From positions 365,428,001 to 365,492,000 of the forward strand of contig NC_091283.1 in NCBI RefSeq assembly GCF_032444005.1: a DNA stretch of 64,000 nt. The letters are read 5' to 3'. Every line of letters begins with the position of its first letter. The first letter of the stretch is position 1. Below the pieces are notes generated by a model. It did no database searches, was not told the origin of the DNA, and saw only the letters and a program-made list of their open reading frames with translations. The position numbers and the translations under genes were made by a program. The stretch is from Ranitomeya imitator (lineage: Eukaryota). Of the stretch, positions 22,269 through 33,772 are shown one piece after another.

Positions 22269-23915
22269 CAGTTAGGTCCATATATATTTGGACAGAGACA
22301 ACATTTTTCTAATTTTATTTATAGACATTACCACAATGAATTTTAAACAAAACAATTCAGATGCAGTTGAAGTTCAGACTTTCAGCTTTCATTTAAGGGT
22401 ATCCACATTCAAATTGTATGATGGGTTTAGGAGTTTCAGCTCCTTAACATGTGCCACCCTGTTTTTAAAGGGACCAAAAGTAATTGGACAGATTCAATAA
22501 TTTTAAATAAAATGTTCATTTTTAGTACTTGGTTGAAAACCGTTTGTTGGCAATGACTGCCTGAAGTCTTGAACTCATGGACATCACCAGACGCCGTGTT
22601 TCCTCCTTTTTGATGCTTTGCCAGGCCTTCACTGCAGTGGTTTTCAGTTGCTGTTTGTTTTGGGGCCTTTCTGTCTGAAGTGTAGTCTTTAACAAGTGAA
22701 ATGCATGCTCAATTGGGTTGAGCTCAGGTGACTGACTTGGCCATTCAAGAATATTCCACTTCTTTGCTTTAATAAACTCCTGGGTTGCTTTGGCTTTATG
22801 TTTTGGGTCATTGTGCATCTGTAGTATGAAACGAGGGCCAATCAGTTTGGCTGCATTTGGCTTGATCTGAGCGCACAGTATGTCTCTGAATACCTCAGAA
22901 TTCATTTGGCTGCTTCTGTCCTGTGTCATATCATCAATAAACACTAGTGACCCAGTGCCACTGGCAGCCATGTATGCCCAAGCCATCACACTGCCTCCGC
23001 CGTGTTTTACAGATGATGTGGTATGCTTTGGATCATGAACTGTACCTCGCCTTCGCCATACTTTTCTCTTTCCATCATTCTGGTAGAGGTTGATCTTGGT
23101 TTCATCTGTCCAAAGAAAGTTCTTCCAGAACTGTGCTGGCTTTTTTAGATGTTTTTAGCAAAGTCCAGTCTAGCCTTTTTATTCTTGATGCTTATGAGTG
23201 GCTTGCACCGTGCAGTGAACCCTCTGTATTTACTTTTCTGCAGTCTTCTCTTTATGGTAGATTTGGATATTGATACGCCGACCTCCTGGAGAGTGTTGGT
23301 CACTTGGTTGGCTGTTGTGAAGGGGTTTCTCTTGACCATGGAGATTATTCTGCGATCATCCACCACTGTTGTCTTCCATGGGCGCCAAGGTCTTTTTGCA
23401 TTGATGAGTTCACCAGTGCTTTCTTTCTTTCTCAGGATGTACCAAATTGTAGATTTTGCCACTCCTAATATTGTAGCAATTTCTCGGATGGGTTTTTTCT
23501 GTTTTCGCAGCTTAAGGATGGCTTGTTTCACCTGCATGGAGAGCTCCTTTGACCGCATGTTTACTTCACAGCAAAATCTTCCAAATGCAAGCACCACACC
23601 TCAAATCAACTCCAGGCCTTTTATCTGCTTAATTGAGAATGACATAACGAAGGGATTGTCCACACCATTCCATAAAATAGCTTTGGATTCAATTGTCCAA
23701 TTACTTTTGGTCCCTTTAAAAACAGGGTGGCGCATGTTAAGGAGCTGAAACTCCTAAACCCTTCATCCAATTTTAATGTGGATACCCTCAAATGAAAGCT
23801 GAAAGTCTGAACTTCAACTGCATCTGAATTGTTTTGTTTAAAATTCATTGTGGTAATATCTATAACCAAAATTAGTAAAATGTTGTCTCTGTCCAAATAT
23901 ATATGGACCTAACTG
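22269..23915 (-). mobile_element. Tc1-family (IR/DR-type) transposon, full length, frameshifted transposase
   Basis: TA|CAGTTAGGTCCATATATATTTGGACAG ... CTGTCCAAATATATATGGACCTAACTG|TA; ~220-bp TIRs; MRSKELSMQVKQAIL... and WPSQSPELNPIEH. Confidence 0.95.
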
Positions 23916-24089
23916 TATATGACAGACATTTTACCTGGAGTTACCCATTAGCCTCTATCACCCAGTTATAAATAGCTTTCATGAGACTGCTGCGTGATGG
24001 TGCAATATCTTTGTATTTGAGGCCCCGCTTTTGATTTTGCCCTTGGCCCACTTTGTCTAAAACCGATCCTGGTCGGCTTTAGACACTAG

Positions 24090-24450
24090 CAAAATAAAGG
24101 GCTCTACAAGATTTCACAACTAATTTGAGATAGCCAGTTCAAGGTTTTCAAGGAATTTAAGGAAGAGCTGGGTATTTTACGCAAAAGATTCTACCAGTAC
24201 CTGTGAGACATGCCTTTACACTGCAATTAGATAAACCCCATTCATTCAAGTAACAGGGGCTATATTCTTAGATAATGTAGTCAGAGAGGGCTTGACAAGT
24301 GGTATCATCCCTCTCCACAATGGAGGATGGAGCCAGTCCTTAAAAAAGAGCGGTTGTACCCTTAAACCCAAATGGGAGCAGGATATAGGTCCTATAAGTG
24401 AGGGCACGTGGGAGGATATTTTACAAAGTCTCTATGGTATGGCTGACAGA
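24090..24450 (+). mobile_element. L1-clade ORF2 C-terminal fragment
   Basis: FKEFKEELGILRKRFYQYL and LKPKWEQDIGPISEGTWEDILQS resemble the post-RT region of frog L1/Tx1. Confidence 0.55.
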
Positions 24451-24900
24451 AGTATTTAACATGCGCTTCCAGCAATCGTGCTGGAAATCTGCCAATCGGT
24501 GACCCCCGTCACGTGATCGCGGGTCATCGATGGGTTGACATGACAACCATAGGTCTCCTGGAGACCTCTATGTTTGTCACTACTGGATTGCTATGAGCAC
24601 TGCCCGGTGGTCGGCACTCATGGCAAGTGAATAATTCTGCTACATATAGGTAATGTGATCATCGCCTGTATGCAGCAGAGCCGATTGAGTTATGGCAGCT
24701 TCTAGTCTCCCATCGAGACTATTGAAGCATGCCAAAAGTAAAAAAAAAAAAAAAAAAGTTTTTGAAAATATATAAAAAAAAAAGTAAAAAAAAATATAAA
24801 AGTTCAAATCACCCCCCTTTCATTCCATTCAAAATTTTTTTTTAAAAAAATCAAACCTACACGTATTTGGTATCGCCGCATTCAGAATCGCCCGATCTAT

Positions 24901-27900
24901 TTTATTATTATGCATTTTTATAGCGCCATTTATTCCATGGCGCTTTACATGTGAATACGGGGCAGATATAGACAAATACATTAAACATGAGCAGATAACA
25001 AGGCACACGAGTACATAAGGAGGGAGGACCCTGCCCGCGAGGGCTCACAGTCTGCAGGGGGTGGGTGAGGATACACTAGGAGAGGGAAGAGCTGGCTGTG
25101 CGGCTGTTCAGTAGGTTGAGGATCACTGCAGGCTGTAGGCTTGTCGGAAGAGATGAGTCTTCAGGTTCTTTTTGAAGGTTTCTATGGTAGGCGCGAGTCT
25201 GATGTGTTGGGGTAGAGAGTTCCAGAGTATGGGGGAAGCACGGGAGAAGTCTTGGATGCGGTTATGGGAAGAAGAGATGAGAGGGGAGTAGAGAAGGAGG
25301 TCTTGGGAGGATCGGAGGTTGCGTGTAGGTAGGTACCGGGAGACCATGTCACAGATGTATGGAGGAGACAGGTTGTGGATGGCTTTGTATGTCAGTGTGA
25401 GGGTTTTGAACTGGAGTCTCTGGGCGATAGGAAGCCAGTGAAGGGCTTGACACAGGGGAGAGGCTGGAGAATAGCGGGGGGACAGGTGGATTAGTCGGGC
25501 AGCAGAGTGTAGGATGGATTGGAGTGGTGCCAGAGTGCTAGAGGGGAGTCCAGAGAGTAGGAGGTTGCAGTAGTCGAGGCGGGAGATTATAAGGGCATGC
25601 ACTAGCGTTTTCGCAGTGTTGCGGTCAAGGAAAGCACGGATCCGGGAAATATTTTTGAGTTTGAGACGACAGGAGGAGGCAAGGGCTTGGATATGTGGCT
25701 TGAAAGAGAGGGCAGAGTCGAGGATCACCCCGAGGCACCGGGCGTGTGGGACTGGGGATAGTGAGCAGCCGTTGACATTGATGGATAGGTCTGGTGGAGG
25801 GGTAGAGTGAGATGGGGGAAAGATGATGAATTCTGTTTTGTCCATGTTCAGTTGTAGAAAGCGAGCAGAAAAGAAGGCTGAAATGGCAGACAGACAGTGC
25901 GGGATTTTGGTAAGCAAGGAGGAGAGGTCAGGTCCGGAGAGGTAGATCTGCGTGTCATCAGCGTAGAGATGGTACTGCAAACCGTGGGATTCTATGAGCT
26001 GTCCCAGGCCGAAAGTGTAGATGGAGAAGAGTAGGGGTCCTAGAACAGAGCCTTGAGGAACACCGACTGACAAGGGGCGAAGTGAGGAGGTGGTGTGGGG
26101 GAGGGAGACACTGAATGTTCGGTCTGTCAGATATGACGAGATCCAGGAAAGGGCCAAGTCTGTGATGCCAAGGGATGAGAGGATTTGTAGCAAAAGGGAG
26201 TGGTCTACAGTGTCAAAGGCAGAAGACAGGTCCAGGAGAAGGAGGACAGAGTAGTGTCGCTTGCTCCTGGCAGTTAGTAGGTCATTGGTGACTTTAGTTA
26301 GGGCAGTTTCAGTTGAGTGATGGGAACGGAAGCCTGATTGTAACCGATCAAAGAGGGAGCAGGAGGAGAAGTGGGAGGACAGTTCAAGATGGACGTGTTG
26401 CTCCAGCAATTTGGAGGCATAAGGGAGAAGAGATATCGGGCGATAGGTAGACACAGAGGATGGGTCGAGGGAGGGCTTTTTGAGGATGGGTGTGATCTTG
26501 GCATGCTTGAAGGATGAGGGAAAGACACCTGTTGTGAGTGAGAGGTTGAAGAGGTGCGTTAGGGTTGGGATGAAGACAGTGGAAAGGTTAGGGATGAGGT
26601 GGGATGGGAGCGGGTCAAGCGTGCAGGTGGTGAGGTGTGATCTTGACAGGAGGGTGGAGAGCTGATCTTCTGTCACGGTGGAGAAGCTGGTTTTTGAGGA
26701 GCAGGGCTGAGCAGCTAAGAGGGGTAGTGGGCGCTGTGGGCCAAAGCTTTCTCTGATCGTATCGATCTTCTGTTTAAAGAAAGAGGCGAAGTCATCAGCA
26801 GAAATGAGGGGGGAGGGAGGAGGTGCGGGGGGACGGAGTAGAGAATTGAAAGTGTTGAAAAGCTGTTTAGGGTTGTGGGACAGGGAGGATATGAGGGATG
26901 AGAAGTAAGTTTGTTTTGCGGCAGTGAGCGCAGACCTGAAGCTGGCGAGGGACTGCTTGTATGCAGTGAAGTGGTCGGCAGAGTGGGATCGCTTCCATCT
27001 CCGCTCAGCAATCCTGGAAGCCCGTCTCAATTCTTTGGTCAGGCTGGTCAGCCAGGGCTGCCTGTTAATTGTACGAGTTTTACTATGCATGAGTGGGGCG
27101 GCCGAATCGAGTGTTGCTGTTATTGTGGTGTTATAAAAAGTGGCAGCAGCATCTGTGTCGTGAAGGGAAGCTATGTCTGTGAGAGGGAGAAGGGACTCAG
27201 AGAGTGATTGTAAGTTGAGATGTTTGAGATTTCTGCGAGGGTGAGTGAGTTTGTGGAGTGGGGGTTGCACCCTAGGAGAGGAGAGGGATGAGAATGTCAG
27301 TAGGTTGTGGTCAGACAGGGGGAGGGGTGTGTTAGTGAGGTTAGTAAGGGAGCAGAGGCGGGTGAAGATGAGGTCCAGCGTGTGGCCATCTTTGTGAGTG
27401 GCCTCAGAGGACCATTGAGTGAGGCCGAAGGAGGCAGTCAGTGATAAAAGTTTAGAGGCAGCTGAGGTGAAAGTGTCAATGGGGACATTGAAATCACCCA
27501 TGATGATAGTGGGGATGTCAAAAGAGAGGAAATGAAGTAGCCAGGTGGTGAAGTGGTCGAGAAAGGTGGAGATGGCTAGTTCTGGGGGGCGGTAGATGAC
27601 AGCTAGCTGGAGGTTGGAGGGGGCATAGATGCGGACAGAGTGCACCTCAAACGAGGGAAGATTAGCGGAGGGTGGTAACGGGATTGGAGTGAAGGAGCAG
27701 GTGTCGGACAGGAGCAAGCCAACTCCTCCACCGCGTTTGTTGCTGGGGCGAGGGGTGTGAGAGAGGTGGAATCCGCCATAGGAGAGCGCAGCTGGAGAGG
27801 CCGAGTCAGAGGGGGTGAGCCAGGTTTCGGTGAGGCCGAGGAAGGAGAGTTTGTTGGTGATGAAGAGGTCATGGATAAATGGCAGTTTGTTGCAGATGGA

Positions 27901-28783
27901 GCGTGCGTTCCATAGTGCTCCAAGTAGGGGGAGCTGGGGAGTGGGGGCTGGATGAATGGGTATGAGGTTGTCGTGGTTGGGAAAACGTGCGGAGGATCGT
28001 GGCAGGGGGTTAGAAACGAGTGTGGGGATGAATTGGGGAGGGCCGGGATTTGGGGATATGTCACCAGCAATGAGGAGTAGCAGACAGATCATTAGAAGGT
28101 GGGAGCAGGATAGGACATGATGCGGCCGTGTGTGTCTGGATAAAAAGGATTGTATGTGGAGGAACAGTTCTGAGGAGAAGGTGAGATGGCTGGGGAGTAT
28201 GGAGGAAGAAATGACTAGTTCCTTACTAGGTGGAGTGATTGCAGGAGATTGTAAGAAGGAAAGTAGTATGGGGGTGAAAGAGAAAAGAAACCGAAACATT
28301 GTAGTGGTCGGTGTTCTGTTACCTTCCAGTCAATTCCAGTCCAATTCAGTCTAATTCAGAATCATAATTAAAAAGATGGAAGTTAAAAGATGAAATTGCA
28401 GCAGACTGAGTCTATAGCAGACTCCTGCATGTGAATATATCCCCAGTTAAGGGCAATCAGGTGTGAATGAGGAGGTGGCTGGGTATGGGAGACCAGATGT
28501 AGAGAGTTAAGCAAAGGTCATAAAGTGAGGGAGGGGTAAGACTGACCACTCAAAGAGATGCCAGGATCACACAATGAGAGACATGAAAACAGGTCGTGGA
28601 AACAAGCTCATAGGTGAGAAAGCATACTTTAAATATTATATGTGCTGCACCAAGACACTCAGATCCAGGGGAAGCATAGAAGAGTCAGTGCAATATATAG
28701 AGACATTCGGGAGCCAGGGAGAGCTGGGTAAAGTCAGTGCATACCATGGAAAATCAATGCAGTATACAGAGACATTCGGGAGC
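24901..28783 (-). mobile_element. L2-clade LINE, apparently full length with a single ORF
   Basis: ~480-bp 5' region, intact ORF2, 3' stem-loop GCGCCAT-GGAATAA-ATGGCGC (24923-24943) and a (TAA)n-like tail. Confidence 0.92.
25123..28299 (-). CDS. L2 ORF2: 2A-like leader, AP endonuclease and reverse transcriptase (1058 aa, uninterrupted)
   Basis: APE: [38 protein letters not shown]: [40 protein letters not shown]. Confidence 0.95.
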   Translation of the reverse strand: MFRFLFSFTPILLSFLQSPAITPPSKELVISSSILPSHLTFSSELFLHIQSFLSRHTRPHHVLSCSHLLMICLLLLIAGDISPNPGPPQFIPTLVSNPLPRSSARFPNHDNLIPIHPAPTPQLPLLGALWNARSICNKLPFIHDLFITNKLSFLGLTETWLTPSDSASPAALSYGGFHLSHTPRPSNKRGGGVGLLLSDTCSFTPIPLPPSANLPSFEVHSVRIYAPSNLQLAVIYRPPELAISTFLDHFTTWLLHFLSFDIPTIIMGDFNVPIDTFTSAASKLLSLTASFGLTQWSSEATHKDGHTLDLIFTRLCSLTNLTNTPLPLSDHNLLTFSSLSSPRVQPPLHKLTHPRRNLKHLNLQSLSESLLPLTDIASLHDTDAAATFYNTTITATLDSAAPLMHSKTRTINRQPWLTSLTKELRRASRIAERRWKRSHSADHFTAYKQSLASFRSALTAAKQTYFSSLISSLSHNPKQLFNTFNSLLRPPAPPPSPLISADDFASFFKQKIDTIRESFGPQRPLPLLAAQPCSSKTSFSTVTEDQLSTLLSRSHLTTCTLDPLPSHLIPNLSTVFIPTLTHLFNLSLTTGVFPSSFKHAKITPILKKPSLDPSSVSTYRPISLLPYASKLLEQHVHLELSSHFSSCSLFDRLQSGFRSHHSTETALTKVTNDLLTARSKRHYSVLLLLDLSSAFDTVDHSLLLQILSSLGITDLALSWISSYLTDRTFSVSLPHTTSSLRPLSVGVPQGSVLGPLLFSIYTFGLGQLIESHGLQYHLYADDTQIYLSGPDLSSLLTKIPHCLSAISAFFSARFLQLNMDKTEFIIFPPSHSTPPPDLSINVNGCSLSPVPHARCLGVILDSALSFKPHIQALASSCRLKLKNISRIRAFLDRNTAKTLVHALIISRLDYCNLLLSGLPSSTLAPLQSILHSAARLIHLSPRYSPASPLCQALHWLPIAQRLQFKTLTLTYKAIHNLSPPYICDMVSRYLPTRNLRSSQDLLLYSPLISSSHNRIQDFSRASPILWNSLPQHIRLAPTIETFKKNLKTHLFRQAYSLQ

Positions 28784-28969
28784 AAAAATAAAGGATTAAC
28801 ATGATCGCTAAACGGCATAGCAAGAAAAAAGTTTTTTGTCGCTGTGACATTGCATTAAAATGCAATAATGGGCGATCAAAAGAACGTATCTGCACCAAAA
28901 TAGTATCATTAAAGGCTTACAAATACTGATGTAAAATACTGACCAAATACTGCTAGTGTGACGGCAGCC

Positions 28970-29200
28970 TCACACACACACGGCTCTGCACCATGCACCT
29001 CATACACACGGCTCCGCTCTGTACACCTCGTACACACACAGCTCCGCTCCATTCACCTCGTACACACACACGGCTCCGCTCCATAACCTCAAACACGTGG
29101 CTCCGCTCCGTACACCTCGTACACACACAGCTCCGCTCCATTCACCTCGTACACACGGCTCCTCTCCGTACACACACGGCTCTGCTACATCCACACTGTA
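28970..29200 (+). repeat. Degenerate ~30-bp minisatellite (ACACGGCTCCGCTCCGTACACCTCGTACAC)
   Basis: Direct inspection. Confidence 0.75.
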
Positions 29201-29604
29201 AACCCCTCCTGACCCCACACATAAACTTCCCCTCATCCAGCACCATGACAACCAGCACAGCAGAGTCCTGCATACACTGAGGCCCCTGATCATGTGACCC
29301 CTGACTCCTCCCCTCCTGTGACCTCATCACAGGTCCTGTGCGCACAGAACAGCCATATATGTGGTGTGCGGCTCTGCAAGTGGAGGTAGGTGCTGGAGAT
29401 TCCCCATTACTTGCGGGGAGGGGTACTAATTCTGGGTGGTCCGGCTATTTTGAGCCCCTATGGGGGGGGGGAGGACAATAACCCTTTCACGAAGAGACTA
29501 TTTTGGTGTTTTTTCTGTTGTTACCTTTTAAGAATTAAATATTTTTTGTTCCTTTTCCTCTGATAGTTACATATGACCTAACTATGAAAAACAGGAAACA
29601 TTGA

Positions 29605-29952
29605 GGCTATGTGCACACGTTCTGGATTTTTCGCGTTTTTGACTGTTTTCCGTGGTAAAAAAAGCATACATTAAGCATCCCATCATTTTTAATGCATTTC
29701 GCAATTTTTGTGCACATGTTGCGCTTTTTTTTCCACGATCTCGGAAAAATACGCAGCATGTTCATTAATTTTGTGGATTTTATGCGGATTTCCCACTATT
29801 TATTGCATTTTGAAGCTCTGGGAAAAAAAAGAGAAAAATCTGCACAAAAACCGCAAGAGAACTGCGAGAAAAACGCATGCAGATTTCCTGCGGAAAAAGT
29901 CCGGTTTTGTTCAGGAAATTTCTGCATAAAATCCTGACATGTGCACATAGCC
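29605..29952. mobile_element. Harbinger-type MITE
   Basis: GGCTATGTGCACACGT ... ACATGTGCACATAGCC; flanks TGA / TTA. Confidence 0.75.
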
Positions 29953-29956
29953 TTAA

Positions 29957-30079
29957 AGGGAACCTGTCACCGTTCAGGTAAAATCGGGGGCTTATCTACA
30001 GCATTACACAATGCTGTAGATAAACCCCTGATGCCGGTGGGCTTACCTCACCCGCGATTTTCGGGGTGACAGGTTCCCT
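29957..30079. mobile_element. Short T2/Kolobok-type MITE
   Basis: TTAA|AGGGAACCTGTCACC ... GGTGACAGGTTCCCT|TTAA; internally deleted relative of 47591-50014. Confidence 0.8.
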
Positions 30080-30121
30080 TTAAACACATTTTTATCACAC
30101 AGTACAGTCTTTTTTTTAATC

Positions 30122-30389
30122 TTTTTTATTTTTATATAGCGCTAACATATTCCGCAGCGCTTTACAGGTTGCACACATTATCATCGCTGTCCCCGTTGGG
30201 GCTCACAATCTAAATTCCCTATCAGTATGTTTTTGGAATGTGGGAGGAAACCGGAGTACCCGGAGGAAACCCACGCAAACACGGAGAGAACATAAAAACT
30301 CTTTGCAGATGTTGTCCAAGGTGGGGTTTGAACCCAGGACTCCAGCGCTGCAAGGCTGCTGTGCTATCCACTGCGCCACCGTGCTGCCC
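30122..30389 (-). mobile_element. V-SINE (tRNA-derived head, V domain, L2-like tail)
   Basis: A box TGGCGCAGTGG (30378-30368), B box GGGTTCAAACC (30335-30325), central GTTCTCTCCGTGTTTGCGTGGGTTTCCTCCGGGTACTCCGGTTTCCTCCCAC, and a 3' GCGCTGCGGAATATGTTAGCGC stem followed by an A-rich tail. Confidence 0.88.
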
Positions 30390-30409
30390 TTGTGCCCTTT
30401 TATTGGACC

Positions 30410-31710
30410 CCACACAATAATATTACCATAGTACTGCCATCCCCCACACACAGTATAATTTTCCCCCAGTACCGCCATCCCCCCACACAGTATAATGTTC
30501 CCCCAGTACCGCCATCCCCCACACACAGTATAATGTTCCCCCAGTACTGCCATCACCCACACAGTTTAATGTTCCCACAGTACCGCCATCCCCCCACACA
30601 CAGTATAATGTTCCCACAGTACCGCCATCCCCCACACACAGTAAAATGTTCCCACAGTACCGCCATCCCCCACACACAGTGTAATGTTCCCACAGTACCA
30701 CCATCCTCCCACACGCAGTATAATGTTCCCACAGTACTGCCATCCCCCACACACAGTATAATGTTTCCACAGTACCGCCATCCTCCCACGCACAGTATAA
30801 TGTTCCCACAGTACTGCCATCCCCGACACACAGTATATTCCCCAGTACCACCATCCCCCACACATAGTATAATGTTCCCACAGTAACACCATTCCCCCGC
30901 AAACAGTATAATGTTCCCACAGTACCGCCATCCCCCACACAGTATAATGTTCCCACAGTACCACCATCCCCCCACACACAGTATAATGTTCCCACAGTAC
31001 TACCATCCCCCCACACACAGTATATTGTTCCCACAATACCACCATCCCCCCACACACAGTATAATGTTCCCACAGTACCACCATCCCCCCACACATAGTA
31101 TAATGTTCCCACAGTACCGCCATCCCCCCACATACAGGATAATGTTCCCACAGTACCACCATCCCCCACACACAGTATAATGTTCCAACAGTACTGCCAT
31201 CCCCACACACAGTATAATGTTCCCACAGTACCGCCATCCCCCCACACAGTATAATGTTCCCACAGTACTGCCATCCCCCCACACACAGTATAATGTTCCA
31301 ACAGTACTGCCATCCCCACACACAGTATAATGTTCCCACAGTACCGCCATCCCCCACACAGTATAATGTTCCCACAGTACTGCCATCCCCCCACACACAG
31401 TATCATGTTCCAACAGTACTGCCATCCCCACACACATTATAATGTTCCCACAGTAGCACCATCCCCCCACACACAGTATAATGTTTCCACAGTACCTCCA
31501 TCCCCCACAAACAGTATAATGTCCCCACAGTACCGCCATCCCCCACACACACAGTATAATGTTCCCACAGTACCGCCATCCCCCCACACACAGTACAATG
31601 TTCCCACAGTACCTCCATCCCCCACAAACAGTATAATGTCCCCACAGTACCACCATCCCACCACACACAGTATAATGTTCCCACAGTACCGCCATCCCCC
31701 CCCCCCCCCC
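30410..31710 (+). repeat. 36-40-bp minisatellite (CACAGTATAATGTTCCCACAGTACCGCCATCCCCCCA)n
   Basis: Direct inspection; G-rich on the minus strand. Confidence 0.95.
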
Positions 31711-31949
31711 ACACACAGCATGATACTACATGGTGCCGTCCACTAGATCTGTGGAGTCGAAGACATGGAGTCGGTATGTAATGGAGCTACTCCTAAAAAA
31801 TATAATAAATTGGGCTCAGTAATTGAGTGCATGATGTGCTGTAAATGTTTTATTAATAATTTGGGAAAGTTATGAAATGTCCTATAAATGTTTGTTCTGT
31901 TTCTGATCTGAGGATTTCTGCTTTTAGTTGAGATGAATCTGTGCATATG

Positions 31950-32025
31950 AGATGATGTACATGCTCAGTAGTGAGGCAGTGCTGTAGGGTCAGTCGGGAG
32001 TCAGTGAAATTGATGAGTCGGAGGT
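31950..32025 (+). promoter_or_regulatory. Possible non-coding first exon / transcription start of the ZNF gene
   Basis: ACATGCTCAGTAG...GAGTCGGAG|GTTAGG is a plausible donor ~900 bp upstream of the exon-2 acceptor; no transcript evidence. Confidence 0.25.
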
Positions 32026-32251
32026 TAGGTTTACCGAGGCCACAACCCTGCCCCCGCAGTCTGATACCACCCACCTTACTGGCTAATAATTACTCACTTA
32101 GCCCCATTCTTAACGTCAGTACAGTTGAACCCGGGACATATGAGATAATCACCACATGATAGTTGTGTAGGATAATAGAGTATAATAAAGTCGTTGTGGA
32201 CGTGATTTCCCCAACATTGTGCAGGGAGATTGTTTTCCCTATAGTGATGTA

Positions 32252-32760
32252 ACGTATTTTGTGGTTTATAAGACACACCGGATTATAAGACGCAACCCAA
32301 ATTTTGAGGAGAAAATTAGGAAAAAAAAAACTTTCTTTTTTTTAATAACGTGGTGCTGCTTCTTACAATCCATGCGTATTATTGCTTACCGGGGACGGTG
32401 GCTGCGGTGAAGCGAGATCCCAGGGTCACTGCTGGCGGAGGCAGGAGTGGGGCGATGCTGCGCACCCCAGACTGGGAGAAAGGGGTGTTCGGATGTGCAA
32501 TGCTGCTGGTGTTCGGTGGGGCAGGGGCTCCGTTGACATTTTGTGAAAGCCAAAGCCCCCGCACTTACATGGTTTACTATGTGGTGGACTCAGGGAAAAT
32601 GGCTGCCAGGGGCGGCGCATGTGCAGATGCAGACTGGGGTGGGGAGCATCGTCCCACTCCTGCCTCCACCAGCAGCGACCCTGGGATCTCGCTTCATCGC
32701 AGCCACCGTCCCCGGTAAGCAATAATACGCATGGATTGTAAGAAGCAGTGACCAAATTAG
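32252..32760. mobile_element. Tc2-type element end plus internal foldback (arms 32353-32468 / 32636-32748)
   Basis: CGTATTTT...TATAAGAC..CCGGATTATAAGACGC terminus-like motif; ~115-bp inverted arms. Confidence 0.55.
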
Positions 32761-33001
32761 TGAATGGCACAAACGGACTATCACTAATTGAACTAATGTT
32801 GCATTGTATATGATTTAAGAGTACAACATCTACACATTCTATCTCCTCATATGTTTCCCCTTATTATCACCAGTAATTGTATTATTACATGAGATCTTTA
32901 TGATGTTACATCATCATCTTCTCATTCAGGTTCCTACAATATCGGATCCTCTCAGTGGAGATCTTCTATATAAGAGAATTTTCCCGATTGACCCCTCAAG
33001 G

Positions 33002-33079
33002 ATGCATAGAGACAGGGACAAGATGGCGGAGAGGATATTACACCTCACCCTAGAGATCCTCTTCCAGCTTACTGGAGAG
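33002..33079 (+). CDS. ZNF gene coding exon 1 (exon starts 32930): MHRDRDKMAERILHLTLEILFQLTGE
   Basis: Acceptor TTCTCATTCAG|, donor GAG|GTGAGA; phase 0. Confidence 0.85.
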
Positions 33080-33208
33080 GTGAGAGATTCTGATGACGTC
33101 ACATTACACCATTCTTATCTATTGGAATAACAGATGGACAGAACTGGAGAGGGGAGGACTCTGGAAATGTCTGTAGAGAGATTTATTAATGTGTCTCTCC
33201 ATAACTAG

Positions 33209-33388
33209 GATTATACAGTAGTGAAGAAGACCTCTAGTGAGCGCTGTCAGGCCCCTGTGTCTGAGGGATGGGGAAGACCCCTGAGCCCAATTACGGGGCC
33301 TCCACCTCATCCCCTGAAACATGAGGACATCAATGACCAGAAGATCTTAGAACTCACCTACAAGATGATTGAGCTGCTGACTGGAGAG
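33209..33388 (+). CDS. ZNF coding exon 2: DYTVVKKTSSE...QKILELTYKMIELLTGE (60 aa)
   Basis: CTAG| acceptor and GAG|GTGACA donor; 180 nt, phase 0. Confidence 0.88.
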
Positions 33389-33470
33389 GTGACACTGCTG
33401 GGAATACTGGGACATTGTATAATAACACTATGAAGGGATCAGGGGATGATGGTATCATTGTATGTGTCAG

Positions 33471-33594
33471 GTTCCAATAAGGTGTCAGGATGTCACCATC
33501 TATCTCTCCATGGAGGAATGGGAGTATTTAGAAGGACACAAAGATCTATACAAGGACGTCATGATGGAGGATCCCAAGCTCCTCACATCATCAG
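33471..33594 (+). CDS. ZNF coding exon 3: KRAB-A-like box [33 protein letters not shown]
   Basis: DV.IY.S.EEW..L...K.LY.DVM.E matches the KRAB-A pattern; GTCAG| acceptor, CAG|GTAATG donor. Confidence 0.92.
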
Positions 33595-33674
33595 GTAATG
33601 GACAGAACTAAGTACAAACGTCCTATAAATTATCTGTATGTAAAAAATTAATTCGGTCCCTGTGTTTCCTCCAG

Positions 33675-33772
33675 TACTATCCAGTAAGAGGACAACACCA
33701 GAGAGATGTCCCCGTCCTCTTCTTCCACAGGACTATAAACAGGAAGATCCCAATGTTCCTCAGGATCATCAG
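33675..33772 (+). CDS. ZNF coding exon 4: (V)LSSKRTTPERCPRPLLPQDYKQEDPNVPQDHQ
   Basis: TTTCCTCCAG| acceptor and CAG|GTAGAT donor; phase-compatible. Confidence 0.85.

Larger units (their letters stand above)
24455..28915. mobile_element. piggyBac-type non-autonomous element (24455-24900 plus 28784-28915) split by the L2 insertion
   Basis: ...GAATCGCCCGATCTAT (24900) resumes as AAAAATAAAGGATTAACATGATCGCTAAACGG (28784), matching the reverse complement of the uninterrupted copy at 16330-16385. Confidence 0.7.

Noticed and set aside
23149-23748. 199-aa hydrophobic plus-strand ORF, also seen at 45897-46496
   Set aside because: Antisense shadow of the Tc1 transposase, shared because both are copies of the same element.
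6-24450. Idea that the L1 RT at 6-270 and the L1 C-terminal piece at 24090-24450 are one element split by 24 kb of nested insertions
   Set aside because: Same strand and order, but no matching right TTAA end or junction could be identified to link them.
30320-30389. tRNA-like A and B boxes
   Set aside because: This is the head of a V-SINE, continuing into the V domain and L2-like tail; it has no complete cloverleaf.
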